From positions 13,401,675 to 13,465,674 of the forward strand of contig OZ037768.1 of NCBI GenBank assembly GCA_964035545.1: a DNA stretch of 64,000 bases, given 5' to 3'. Of the stretch, positions 27,421-41,600 are shown piece after piece. The translations under genes were made by a program, and so were the position numbers. This DNA is from Bugula neritina. Taxonomy: Eukaryota > Animalia > Bryozoa. The first letter of the stretch is position 1. Each line of letters opens with the position of its first letter. Under the pieces are notes generated by a model. It was not told the origin of the DNA. It searched no databases and worked only from the letters and a program-made list of their open reading frames with translations.

Positions 27421-29199
27421 CTTCCAATCACCATAAATACTAAATTGACTAGTGCCTGCTGATAACTATCCTATCTACAGTGAGTGAAGAGAACCAGTGT
27501 CATCGAAATTTCAAATGACCCTAACTGCTAACAAGAACCAATTCAGCTATCAAAAATAGTGTTTTATTATAAAAGCTATGTTTTAGTAGTAAGCACGCGT
27601 ATTAAAATATCGATAAACCTAAGCGTTTATAGTTATTCGTTTTACCTACTACCATAATATCGGCACTAAAGCTGCTTTACTGTGGCGTTGTTATAGGAAG
27701 ATAACTTCAATATGGTAATTTGCATTATTAAACATATTTGAATAATGTTTTTGGAGTGCTAATTCTAATTCTAAAGCTAATTCCAATTGTAGAAAAATTT
27801 AAAAATAATATTTGAAAGAATTACCATATACACATGTAAATAACTTTTCTCAAAATGGGCTAACTTGGTGACTGCAAGCATGTTATAGCTACTGATTGTG
27901 ATAAAATAAAATAGGAACAATGCTTACTTTTACACTTTATACTGTTACCGTAAGGTAAGGTATATTACAAACAGAGAAAGCAGAAGTGATAAAGTTATAA
28001 TATATAGTTAAGATTTTACTCTCAATATGTGTGAGGTTTGAGGGTCATAAATGTTGTTTGAATTGAAACATTAAAGTAAAGGTGTGTATATCAGATATAT
28101 GAATAAATGGGCCAATGTTAATTAAAGAATTTAGTGATGCTATAAAAATACAGCTTAGTAATGAATATAACACATATAAGATAATATGATATATAAAGGG
28201 GATAATAGAAAATTATTTCATTGCTATACAACAATGATATTCAACTGGAGAATCAAAAATATTATTCCCATGAATATATTATAGCATAATAAAAGCTGTG
28301 TGCATAATAAAATATGAAGTGTAAGTGTTTCTGAATAAATAATATTATATGCTCTGGTTAAAATCTGCTTCATATGCAGCCTAGACAGGATATGTACTTC
28401 AGTGAGAGGAACTTTTGTTCTCGTTGATAATGCATCTATATTTATGGTAACTTGCCCCTTTCAATAACATGCCTCACCTGATTCATGAGGTCTGAAATGT
28501 CTGGTTGTGTTTTCTCTCAGAGTTTCAAGTAATTCCTGCCACCTAAGCAAAAAATGAGCTGCCCATAATTCCTTTACTCTGCAAGTAAATATTGTATTGT
28601 ATAGACGGTATATTGGGGTTGTATAAGTGTTTATGTAAATTACAATGACTATTCAAAAGGCTGCATTCATTCTGCTATTGTTATTTTTTGTGTAAGAACA
28701 TTTGTAAATGTTACATTGTTGAAGGTGGATTGTCCACGTTGAACTTTTTGTTATTGTGATCAACCTTTTTATTGAATTGTCTTAAGGAATGCATGCATAG
28801 CTGTGATCTAGTATTCTCAAACATACACGAGGCCACTACAAAAATATGTTGAGGAGTGGATGTTTCTAATTCAAATGATTTCTTGTTGTAGAAAGCCTGT
28901 GTATTCAATAATATAACAGAAAAACATTTTGAAAATGCACTTGCTAAATTGTTTTCATGTAAATATTATCTAGATTTTTAAACTTCTCAACCAATCAGAG
29001 TATGCAGCTTTTGAAAATAAATATTTGATTATTCAGATTCTTTTTAGCATAAAGGGTTTTAAAAACAGTAAAAACATAAAATAGCCATACTTTTTATGGA
29101 AACAATCAAATGTGGACTGGGTCTTTGCTGTAGAGTGTAGTGAATGTTCCCAAGGTCAATAATTACACGCAAGAAATTAAGAGTTGTCTCTCTATTCCA

Positions 29200-29352
29200 T
29201 CCATTAGGCCGTACTTGTTGGGTGAACCCCCATAACTGCGAGTGGCGAATAATTTTCAGTACAACTAATCCGGAAATTGAACTTCTTTTCTCTTAGCAAA
29301 TGAGGTTACATCTTTAAAGTGTCATCCAATAAGCCGCATAAACTGAGTGAGT
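29200..29352 (+). promoter_or_regulatory. Putative SBF promoter and non-coding first exon
   Basis: Local CpG enrichment, ETS-like CCGGAAAT at 29270, donor-like A|GTGAGT at 29347; next acceptor TTGGCAG at 32620 precedes the ATG exon. Inference only. Confidence 0.4.
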
Positions 29353-29539
29353 AAAATTTTCTTGTAGCTATCTAGTTTTACAATAGTCAGTGAGTCAATT
29401 ACAAAGTTAGGTTTGTAGTATTACTGTGATAATTATAGAAAAGGTTGCTAGTAGTAGACGTAGTTACCATTGTAACTTTTGTGTGTATGACAATCTGTAT
29501 GATAATGATGAGTTTTGCTATTGAAGACTTCAAGTTTTT

Positions 29540-30990
29540 CTATCTCGTGAAGTATCACTATCAGTATCAAACTCAATGACTAGGAAATCAGTATCAGTAT
29601 GACCTGTACGGTGTATGAGACTGAGTATCACTATCAGTATCAGTATGAGTATCACTATATTTAGAATTACCGATTACTAATCCAATGTAGATGAGTATCA
29701 CTATCAGTATCACTGATAGTATCAGTATGAGTATAAGTTTGACTATGAGACAGTTATCAGTTATGACTTATGAGTATCATTAAGTTTAACTTCATAGTTC
29801 AAGTTGGGTATTATATTTTGATTTAGTTTTGCTATCACATTCACTATCAGTATCACTATGCCTATGACTTGTGAGTATCAGTATGGTCTAACACTAACAG
29901 TAACTGTATGAGATTATCATTATGGGTATCAGTATGCCTATGCTATAGCATAGGTCTAGAACTGAGTACTAGGAGTAGAAGTACTACCAGTACCACTAGT
30001 AGTGTGAAACACTACTTAGCGTAACTGGTATGTTACACTTACTAAGACTGTACACTTACAGTAAATGTAACAGTTATTACAACTATTAGTATTACTAGAA
30101 GTTTAGTCGTAAGACTAGGAGTCAAATGACATTGTACTTGCAGGTGATACTCATAGTCATGCTGATTACTGATTACAGATTAGTTATTACTCATTAGGCT
30201 TAGCCGTATTCATAAGGCATAAGCACAAGGCATAAGCGTAAATATTAACAGTAGATGCGCATCTTAATCTTGACTTACTGCTGGTGAACTACTTAAGTAC
30301 TTGCAGTACTAGTACTACTACTATAGCATAGTAATCGCTATTACTACTTAATTGCTATTGGTTAATAACTGTAGCTTTAATTGTTTTAATCTTCTACTTT
30401 AACTTCTGGTAGTACTCATTAATACTAATAGTTGTACTCGTGTTTTTATCATTGCTACTGGTACTGTACTACTAGTGGAGTAATAGTGCTAGACAGTTTG
30501 AGTTTGAGTTATTTTCAAAGCAAGTGTGAAGCACTGACAAAATAATCAAACTTACTCTAAGTCATTAAGACTAAATCTAACCCTTACCCCAGCATTAGGC
30601 ATATTCATTTTCAACTTCACTACCAACATTAAACATAAAGTCTATAGAGTATAAAGCCCATAGTCACTATTAGCTATGATAGTGATAATTTAAGTTATAG
30701 TTTTACTTAATCTACAATACAAGTAAATCAAGTCTGTTTACTTTTAATTTGAATGATTTCAACTCTGGTACTTGCACTAACCCTCACATGTTGTATGAAT
30801 AGAAGTAGGATTGTCAGCTTGAGATTTGTAGTGTAACTTCAAAACTAAGAGTAAAGACATAAACACACTCACAGTGACTGTGATCAGTGACATCTAGTAG
30901 CATAGTGATTAACAAATATGACCTAATCTCACTGCAATTGGGTTAAATTCACTTACACTCAGAATTAGTCATTGTTGCTCACATTGACTG
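29540..30990. repeat. Cryptic hexamer-periodic tract (A[GC]TAT[CG] units grading into other hexamers)
   Basis: AGTATCACTATCAGTATCAGTATG arrays, then GGCATAAGCACAAGGCATAAGCGT, AGTTTGAGTTTGAGTT etc.; 6-nt phase retained while the consensus changes. Confidence 0.7.
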
Positions 30991-32673
30991 TGTAGGACTG
31001 TCAAAACTGTCACTCACAAAGTTACTGTGTTTATCTATAATAATAATAATTATTATAAATCTATCAAAATTATAATTTCCTAAGACATACAGTAACAGGT
31101 TCAGCTGTTAGAGACAAGATCAGTTAGAACGAAACTTTGTTTCCACTAAATGCCAATTACTTTATATAAGCAGGTCTTGTAGAATTGAGCATTAATTATT
31201 TCCCATTTGATATGCAGTATTATTATTTGAACAGTTATTTTTATTGCAATTATATGTTTTTTGTTATTGATATTAAAAATTAGCAAGTTAGTGTGAGCAG
31301 CAAATGTGAATGTTTTTCCTCTCTAATTTAAATAGGGGTTTCTCCCTATAATGATCAAATTGTAGTATTGTTGAATACCTTTTGTGACAGTTATGCCGAT
31401 GCTACTATTACTTATATTAATAGTGACATAAATTTTGTTAGACTGTGATATTTCGTGGCACTTACTGTTGGTGCCAGGTCAAGATTTTAGCAGGGATGCA
31501 GTTTTATCTTATGATTCTAATAATATTGATATGTCCCATTTGAATCGTTTGCTACACGTAATTCGATACATCACTAGCACTTTTTGGACTGTTGTATTAG
31601 TTTATATTGTTCATGGCTAATGTGAAATGGGAAAACCTCAAATATCCAAATGATACCAAAATATGCATCTTTAAAGATATGTACTAACTGTGGCTTATTT
31701 TCACAAATTTCTTGCAAAATTATCAATTATTGGTCAATTGTAAATTAGTGCAATAGCTATAACATCAATTGCAAAACTTTATTTGAATTCATTTAGTGTA
31801 AACTGTAACTGAACTCATAGATTTTTATTTATGCTCAATAACAATAGGCTATTTTACTATGAACTTACTTTTTAGTGGCTATAGCTGCACTCAAGTCTCC
31901 AACACGCAACAGTTATTAACTTTTCTAAAAAGTAACATCTATGCAGAATATAAACTGCTTTGTTGCAATACTCATTTTTATTCCTTCAATAAAATTAGAG
32001 AGCATGAGATAACCAAGTTGTTATCTTGAGTTTTTTATTGGAAGAATTATTCAATTATTCTTAATTTTTACAATATTAGCAATATTCAGACACCTAGACT
32101 TGATTTTTGCCTTTTTTAATTGCTTGCATTTAAATTATGATTCAAAACTATTTTATCTGTTTATATGCATAATGTTATTTAGCCATAATGGTTTTTATAG
32201 TTCAGACTTTTTTATATTCATTAATCAACTGCAATCTGTAAGTCAAGCAATTAATTATCTTTGATTTGTGGCTTTTTGGTTGTATTGATAGAATTATTGA
32301 TTAATTTGATGGTATTTTAGCTGAGAAATTGGTGACTGGTTTTACAGTTTCATGTAAATGTGCTGAAGTCAAGTTTCTCCCTGCATATAATAGCACAAGC
32401 TGTAGTTTCCTGTGAAACTACTATAATTTTTGTAGGCATAAAAATTGTAGTTAATTTTCAGAACAATAAAATTAATTTCATAGCCTGAATTTAAAAAACT
32501 TCCATATAGCGGTGATTAAATAAAAGGGTGCTGGATGCTAATAAACTTTTTAAAAAAGTTAAAATGTTCTGTGATTGGAGAAGTTTTACATGCATGTTTT
32601 AAATTGTTTCTATTGGCAGGTTGAACTTCTGTGAAGATGATAAGAGTAAAGCATTTGATTGGATTATTATAAT

Positions 32674-35600
32674 ATGATGGCAGCGTGGAAGCGGCTTGCT
32701 GACTATTTTATTGTTGTTGGTTACCAACAAGATAAAGATGGTAAGAAAACATAACTAAGATGACCCATCCTGATACTAAACTCTGAACTCTGACATGTAG
32801 TTATTCTGAGAGTTTGCAAGCCATATTCTCCTCTTTGCTATCAAGCAAATTCTGAAGCACCTCCCGGCTTCAATCTACTGCATGTTTTATAACCTACTTG
32901 CAAAAATATTATTATAAACTGTTGTACTTATGTCAATAGCTGAAAGTATCAAAAGTTGGATGTAGAAATGTTCATGTGGCGTGACTCTATGCATTTATTA
33001 TTTGCCTAAGGTGAAACTGGAGGTGGAAAAGTTGTACAAAGGTTCCCAGAAAAAGATTGGCCTGATGTGCCATTCACCCCTGGAATAGAAATGGTAATGT
33101 TTCCATTGTATGTTTGACTGATAAGTATTACAATGTACACAGTCACAATGCAGTAATTCAGAGCCATACTTTTATCAAATAATAACTTTCATTGAGCAGC
33201 TGTGGGCTATATCAAATTTTGTCAACTATTTTTCACTTGCAATACATAACATTTTAGTTTTGTCAACCCGGTGGCTGGGAGCTGACTGAAAGGCGCCAAG
33301 AGCCTACTTTCTTTGTCAGCGTTTTGACGGACATAGACGCTGAGAGACACTATTGCGCCTGTCTGACGTTTCATGAGCCGTATGATGACCAGAGAGGAGA
33401 CTCTGGAGAGGGGAATACTATTGGCAGCGACAGCGAGGATGTTATTAATCACTCGACCATGTTTGCTCCCAAGAGTATTGTGCTTATCTCTCAACTCAAC
33501 TACTTTGACACATTCAAGGTTAGGTCCAGTCAATACTCCATATACACTGCGTTTCCAAGCTTCACATTATGCGAATGAATTTTTCATTCCGATGTTTGAA
33601 AACAGTTGCATCAAATGAAATTTATCCATTCGCATAAATCAAAGTAATGGAAACGAAGTGATATATTAATACTGCACATCAATACTGATTATCAATACTG
33701 CACATCAATAAGTTCCAAGACTCAAGCCTTTTAGTCTCAATCAGTAATTTGCTCCAAGCCAAACTGTACAAGGACATTTAAATTTAATTCCTCTCTCAAA
33801 AAGCCTGTATTCATCAACTGAGTGTAAATCTTACTACAGTATAATCAGTTTTTTTGATGAACATACAATATTATTGAAATTAAATGCAGTTTATTCCTAG
33901 TGAATAGTATACTTGGGCAGAAGCAAGTTTGAAGCAAGCTAACCTAATAATAAAGATTTAGTCTGTTTCACTCTGTAGCTTGGATGTATTTTTTGCTTCT
34001 AAAAACTTACTTTTACTGAACTATAGATATATTTTCATCTGAACTTTAAAGCTTGTTTTTTTTTTCTCATCTGTCCCATTATGAGGATTTAGAGTTAAAT
34101 ATAGTCACTCAGCTCAGCTCATACCTCTTGACCTCTAATGATATCACAAGTTGAAAAGAAGCAAAGCATTTGAAAAGTAACAGCCATTTAATATTTGAAT
34201 AACATGAAGATGGTAGGTCTTATGCAGGTCTATCAGTTATCCTTTTCCTTTGAAGCAGAGATATGACTCGGTGGTCAGCTAGTAGTAATATGTCAATTCA
34301 ATACCGATGAAGTAGTAATACTAAGTGAAGGACTAAACCATCTGCTGGCATATCACTTATTGGCTACTTACTAGAAATCCTTATTCAACTAGTAAATGCC
34401 AAAACACATAAAATAACAATTAACATTACTTAATGCTATTTATGGCAATTGTGTTTATAGAAGAAAAAGCATACATCAAACATAGATTATTGAAGTGAAA
34501 TTCTGGCTGCATTCTGGAAACCGGCTAAACTAGTGTGTAAACTATCCTGGCAATAATAATGCAGTAGCCGCACATTCCTAGTAGATGTATAGGCATAGAT
34601 GCTGTTATCTTTGCTGTAATGTTTAACCTCACTATTTTGCTATTATTCAGTACTCAAGTGCCAGTTTTGTTATTTTAGCTCATATTCTATACTCTGCCCC
34701 CAAATCATGCATCTTTCACATTCCACTCTTACACACAGCTGTATTAATATCTAGTTGTGCTCTGATGTTGTTTTCTGTTTATAGAACTGCCTAGGTGTGA
34801 TATACACAGTGTATGTTGAAGGAAACTACAACTGCCATATTGAAGAGCTTGTGGGGAATATTATTGGGACTGTTATGATCCCTCCTGCAGGTATCAGCTA
34901 TAGCCCTGTATCTGTGCACAATCTCACTTGCATGTTTATAGTCCTGGATGTTTGAAACTTGCATTCTAATAGCAAAGTCATTGTCCAAATTTTCATAGCT
35001 AGATTTGTTTTTCGTAGCTATTTATAAAACATATTCTTGGAGTTATGGAGTGTTATGATTTCTAACGAATAATACTTTATAGTGTATTTTCTGCTGTTCT
35101 CTATAGTATAATATAATGGATATAAGGTGTTTTCGCTTTGCTATTTACCATTTTGCTATTTACCACTAATGATATTTTACTGTTAATTGCAATCCGCATG
35201 TTATCTCATATACATATTTCAGTGTTATTAAGCTGTATCATGAGATGTGTTTAAATGTAGCTTTCTCTCTAACTGTAAACTGTAGTGACATGTTGTGTGA
35301 AGCTCAACCTATAATTATGATTAGTCAAGTCAAGTGGGTGCATCACCTGATAATTTTGTTATTTCCAAAATTTTCTGCATATCTCACCTGGATAATAAAG
35401 TTAGTGTGATGGGTTGGCTAGTGTTATTATAACTGCTCATTCTTATGGTAGTTACATCACTAAACTATTTCTTGCACCAGGGTGCCGTTATAATTATGCC
35501 AGCACACTTGTGTTTGTGAAGTGAATAGCCTGTAATTTCTTTCCTTAGACATTTTATTTAAGGGTATATGAAGGGAGCCCCCATATGTAAATATCAGACA

Positions 35601-38600
35601 GCCTGAGCACTTGAGGCTATTTCAGTTCATTGTCCAGGCACTCGCCAACTTTCCATACTAACTCAATACAACTGATATTAAAATACATGAAATATGGAGA
35701 TTATACATGAATTGTTTTAGTGTTTAATATATGTATGAGCTGTATTAATAAGATGTAGATTTTTATTAATGAATATTTATTAATTTAAGTGTTTAATATA
35801 TGTATGAGCTGTATTAATAAGATGTAGATTTTTATTAATGAATATTTATTAATTTAATGCTATTTATAGTTCATTGCTTTGTCTATAGGTGGACCAATAG
35901 TTAGATTTACTATTGGAGCTGGAGATAAGCAGGCCTTACAGCCTGTCACCAACAACATGATACCTCAGACTCGTAGAACTGTGGCTATTCTCTTCCAGGA
36001 ACTTGGTAAGTGGGTGGGGGGGGGGTAAAGTACAAAGTGGATTATGCTGGGCAAAGGCATGACAGTTTACTTTGAATTCTACTGTTGGTCTTTACTAACT
36101 GTAAATGTGAATTGTCATAACGCAGGTTTTTATCCTGCTGTTTGAGTTCAGCCTGTTTTTACTCTTTCACATATTGAGAAAAGACCCAGTATTGACTTTA
36201 ATACAAAATAAAACATTGAAGATACTTAATGAGGCACACACTTATTGATTAGATAATCCAATGGCTTACAGAACCAACTGGCAATACTGAACTACATTAG
36301 TATTTCCATTTAGATTTCACTGTGAATATCTGTAATAAGCCTTTTAGTTCCTGCTATCTAATTGATTGATCTAAATTTTCATGAAGTCCTGTTAATATAG
36401 TATAGTATGTTTGAAAGCATTGAATTAATTTGATGCAATGACTGTAGCTGTTACAGCAGCAGTCATTTTCTGGTTGACTGTGCCATGGCATTGTTGTATA
36501 CTCTAATATCTATGCAGTACTGAATACTATTATTAATTTACTGATTGACTGAAATATTGGATCATCTTATTCAGTTATACATAATTAGGGCCCTAATTTA
36601 TCCAGCTAATGAGCAATCTAGCCATATTGCATTAGGAATGTCTACCTAACTTCGTGAGTAGGGAATTAAGATATTAATGCACTTGAATGCACAATAATCT
36701 ACTACCAATATACCAATAGGTACAGTTTATATTGCTCTACACTAGTGTTTATCTTACTCCTACTTCCCCCAGTCTAGCGAGTGTTGAGCTAGGCAATGCT
36801 GTATTAGACTAACATATATCTGGTAGCGTTGATGAGGGCCACTGCTGGTCAGAGTTGTTAGATGCTAGACAGACAGATATCTTGAGAGCAGACAGTAGAT
36901 ACCAGCATGTAGACAACCTTGCGCTGCTTCACAAGTATGTTGTGTTGCTGTTGTTGCTGCCTCAACTGTCTGTCTGTCTGTAATCCAACAGCTAAGATAC
37001 AACAGAGGCTGTATAACCAATGGTTGCTGCTACCAATCTTACCTATCAAATGGAGGCCATTTTGAAATATCCAACTTTTTCACTTGCAGTTGAAAAAAGT
37101 GCAATTCAAAATTTCTATGTGGCTATTTTGGACTTCTAGTGACTTCAAAGCTGTTTATATAGGAAGTAACTATTATGTGTTTGTAACTGTAAGCAACATG
37201 GAATCCTCATAATTTATATAATTTCAAGTTGAAATCTCCTTCCCTGGGTTTATATGTTAACTTCTACCCTAATATTTCTCAGTGACTTTATATACATACT
37301 CAGCTCTGTCATTAGCTTCAATGTTGAAATTCTTATCTAATAGGATGTTTATGAATCAGTTAAGAGGTCAAATTTATAGCACAGGATATGCTAATACAAT
37401 TATAAGCCGTGTGAAATAATTGCCTATTTTCCAACTAATGTGACAGTTGTATTGTGTTGAATCTATGCTGAAGTATCTCTGCCAAGTAGTAAACAGCTCT
37501 GTGAGGAATAGCTGTGCAGTGGTAATGGACCAGTTAGTTGATAATTCATTGGCAGGCTGCTATGCCACTACCCACCACCTTGTCACCCAATGTTCCACAT
37601 AATATAAATTCTGGCAAACTGTAGAGATTGTGTGCACCAGATGCTTCATGTTGTAGGAATACACAGCGTTGTGCTACTAGTGTGTGCGGCTCTCACAGAT
37701 CACAAAATTCTCTTCACATCTAGAAGTTACAGTCGGCTAGCTGATGCCAGCAATGCTCTCTCCGCTCTTCTCTACCCACTAAAATACAGGTAAAGACTGG
37801 CCATACTATAATAGATGTCAAGTTAAACTGAATGGGACATTTTTCCCTTCCATGCTCATGATATGTACCATTAACCTTGTCAACCTGTCACCATATGCTA
37901 TGTGAAGAACTCAGCTATAGATCAATGGTTATTATAGTTCTTCGCTCATTCGTCTTAATTTTCAGTTATTTTAAACTTCACCTTTGGCTGCTGTCAAGCC
38001 ATAGAAAATGATATATTCTACTGTCCGTATTTCTGTCTAATTTTACCAACCACCTCCCCCAAGCTACCTCCCTCCTCCCTGTTCTTCTCACCCTCCTTCT
38101 ATCCACCTCTCCCATCCTTCTCCCCCTCTCTTCCACCTTCTCTCCAACATGCAGATGCACGCACTGGTCTTAGCTCACAAAAATTTACTCTCTGCACATC
38201 AATCAGTTGGTCAGTTGTGTAACAGCCAACTGACCTGTAAGTCGATCCAAAAACTGCTTTAACCTCCAAATTAAATCTTCTATTGTCTTAGTAATGTGGG
38301 TATCTTCAGGGTTAAAACTCTATATAGTGAAAGTCTTGTAATTGATGTTTGTTAATGCTAAAGAAGGCTGTGTAGTGTTTAGCACACGCACTCAGTATAC
38401 ATGACCTAATATATACAAGTGTGATCCTTTGATAATTGCTTTTGATTTGTATAATAGGTATAACACTTCTCATTCACTATTATATCAGGGAGTTATGGCA
38501 TGTCCAGAACTCATCTATCTCTTTACTCATAAACTTAACATGACATATTGTTGTTTTCATTGCTTTTTTTCCTCATAGTAATTTATTCAGTTCTTTATTT

Positions 38601-41600
38601 TAGCCTTGATAGACCTTTAGCTCACCAACAACTCTTACTAGCACTTTAGTTATAATAGTATGTAGTTATAGCAGTGTATAGTTATAATAGTATGTAGTTA
38701 TAACAGTATGTAGTTTGGTGACTGCTGAATGAGTCAAATGCTAATAAATAACTACTTGGTTATGATTAGCCTATTTACATACATATCTACACTTGGTAAT
38801 TCTTCCACTCCCTGTCCTGTCATACTTTGCTCCTGTGATACTGTTATGTACCACAGGCTAGTCCAACAGGTTAGTCCAACAGGTTAGTCCAACAGGCTAG
38901 TCCAACAGGCTAGTCCAACAGGCTAGTCCAACAGGCTAGTCCAACAGGCTAGTCCAACAGGCTAGTCCAACAGGCTAGTCGGGCTCTGTATTCCCTATAC
39001 AAGAGTCAGTTGCTTGGAGGGAACCAGAAAAGCTTCTACTAAACTTGTGTTCTTCAGAACATGTTTACCATGAAAATATAGCCACGGAGCCTTTTTGTAC
39101 TTATGAAACTCATACAATATATTTTACAGTTATGTGTACATCCCTGTGCTGCCGGCAGCGTTGGTGGAGGTGCTGAACACGCCCACGCCTTTCATTGCCG
39201 GAGTCCACTCAGCAGTGAGGAACCAGACTCTAGAGCTGCTAGATGTGATCATAGTGGACTGTGACAGTGGCTGTGTAATCATACCGGAGTGTGTGCACAT
39301 ACCCAGTATGCCTGAGCACATGAACACTAGGCTACTCAATGACCTTAGCTCAGTAAGTAACCACCTCTCCTTACTCACTCAGTCTTGTGACAGCACACCA
39401 TGACATCACCTGTAACTACCTGCAGTAATGACTAGCCAAATGATCGCTTATCCTTTCTGTAAGAGTGGAGAGTTCAACTACTGCCTTCAGCCGCTGCCCA
39501 ATTGTTGCTGATTCTTTATACAGATTTATTGTACTCCAGTCAGCAAACTTACTTTAATAAGTCTTATGTGTGAATAAGACAATAAGTTGCTAAGATTAAA
39601 ATGCTCAACCCTGGGTGTTAACTGTTGTGTTTTAATGTGTTAAGAGTAAAGACACTTTGCCTAATTCTGGAAGTTCGTAGTGGAAGAGTGGAGATTCCTC
39701 ACGACACCCACTCAGTCATGTGATCCCACCTGCAGGTTCATTCATCCAAGTGTTACAGCCTACTAACACAGCATTATAACTACCTCTATTATAAGTTTAT
39801 AGTCACCATTCCTTTATGACCATCTCCATTATACCAGGAATAATTCTCCACAGTATAATTTATGTGTGTAATACAATGATAGGTTAGCTGTTATCTGACA
39901 AGGTGGGAATAAAGCTCAGTGACTACACCTGCTGCAGCATTCACTTTGATTACGTACTTGCCCATTGCAGTTGATGAGTTTTAGATTTATTTTGTAATAT
40001 GCTTGCTGTAAGATATAGAAAAGGTATTTGGCCAAACTTATAGCTACAGCTTACTACCAGTGTTGATTCCATTGACCTGTATTACAGTATGCCTCATGTA
40101 GGCTTATACCACATTACTATGATGGCTTACTATCTCTGGCTTTCCATAAGATATAGTAGTTAGTGGGCGTAGATTTGGTGTGCTAAAAGTTTAAGTTGTG
40201 ATTTAGGTGCTCAACCCTGACTTGTCGCATGCTGATTTCGCCTTTCCTAAAGATGTTAGCAAGACGTCTAACCTGGAGAGGCTAGACAAGGAGATTAGGG
40301 CTGTGTTTATCAGGTTCTTTGCTGAGCTGTTCAGTGGCTACAGAGCGTGTCTGCAGATTGTGAGAATTCACTCTCCCCCAGTCATCCAGTTCCACAAGGT
40401 GGGTGGTCTCTTGTATAATGAGAGTGTAGCCTATACTCTACTAGTCTGCATTACTTTACCTGTATATACAGTACTTACTGTATATATGGTAAATGTACTT
40501 ACTGTATATACAGCATATATAGTAAGTACTGTGTGTGCTGTAAATGTGGTGTATGCTGTATATACAGTACTTACTATATATGCTGTATGCACTGTAAGTA
40601 CTGTATGTACTATAAGTACTGTTTGTAAGTAAATATGGTGTGTGCTGTATGTACTGTAAGACCTGTATGTGCTGTAAGAGATTTGCCTCAGTAGGAATGT
40701 TCTGTTGCTCCACAGTATTTATACTAGTGACATATGATTGTAAGTACCGTTATATAAGTCTACCACTTGCAAATCTAATTTAAGCTATAGATGGTTGGGA
40801 GTCAAAATATTGTTACAATTTTGTTTTCCAGCAAAAACATCTTTTAGACTTTTAGCCAGGCATGTGTTGCCAATAATTGGTTTTTCACAGAGCTTGGTTT
40901 CTATATAACATTTCTATTTTGGTTGCCTTGATTATTACTAAATCATCTAAATAGGCAAAACCTAATATAGCATCTATAATAAATGACTGCAGTTATGTTT
41001 TATAATACGAAAGTTTCATTTCATATGATAGAAGTGTTTTGGCAATGCTGTAAAGCTTAATTTATGTATACTGGTGAGTTATTGCATAGTTAATCAAAGT
41101 GAATGTTCTTACATTTCTATATACAAGAAAGGTTTATAGAGCTGATCATAGCTAAACTGACTCTAAAATTTAGAGGTAGGTGCAATAATGGAGATTAGAA
41201 ATGTAGCAAAAAAGTTATGTTATGCCCAAACCAAAATTTATTTAGAAAATTTAATAACTTGGCTATTAAAATCTCTCCACTACTGTACCTAAATGAACAT
41301 TCAGTAGCTATAGCTAGCTGATTGTTGTTATTCTTGAATGAAATAATACAGGAAATATTATGCTCCTACTACAAGTTGTGTATAAATTGTAGCTTTTGTT
41401 TCCTGACTCATGCCTATCTTTTGTATCATCACGTTCAATCACCAACAGCTGTTTGGGCATTTGTTCACCATATTGTGCAAGGTTAGGGGTGTCTTACTAC
41501 TGTTTGTGTTTAACTTATTCAATTTAATTTGTTTTTATTTTTGCCTGTAAAGCTGTTGGGTGTATGGCGGTAGGATGTTTTATATTGGGTATTGCTGGCC

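Noticed and set aside
37978-38160. Second Arg-rich minus-strand ORF as another protamine
   Set aside because: Complement of a CT-rich low-complexity tract; contains Trp and Glu, almost only AGR codons, no promoter or splice structure.
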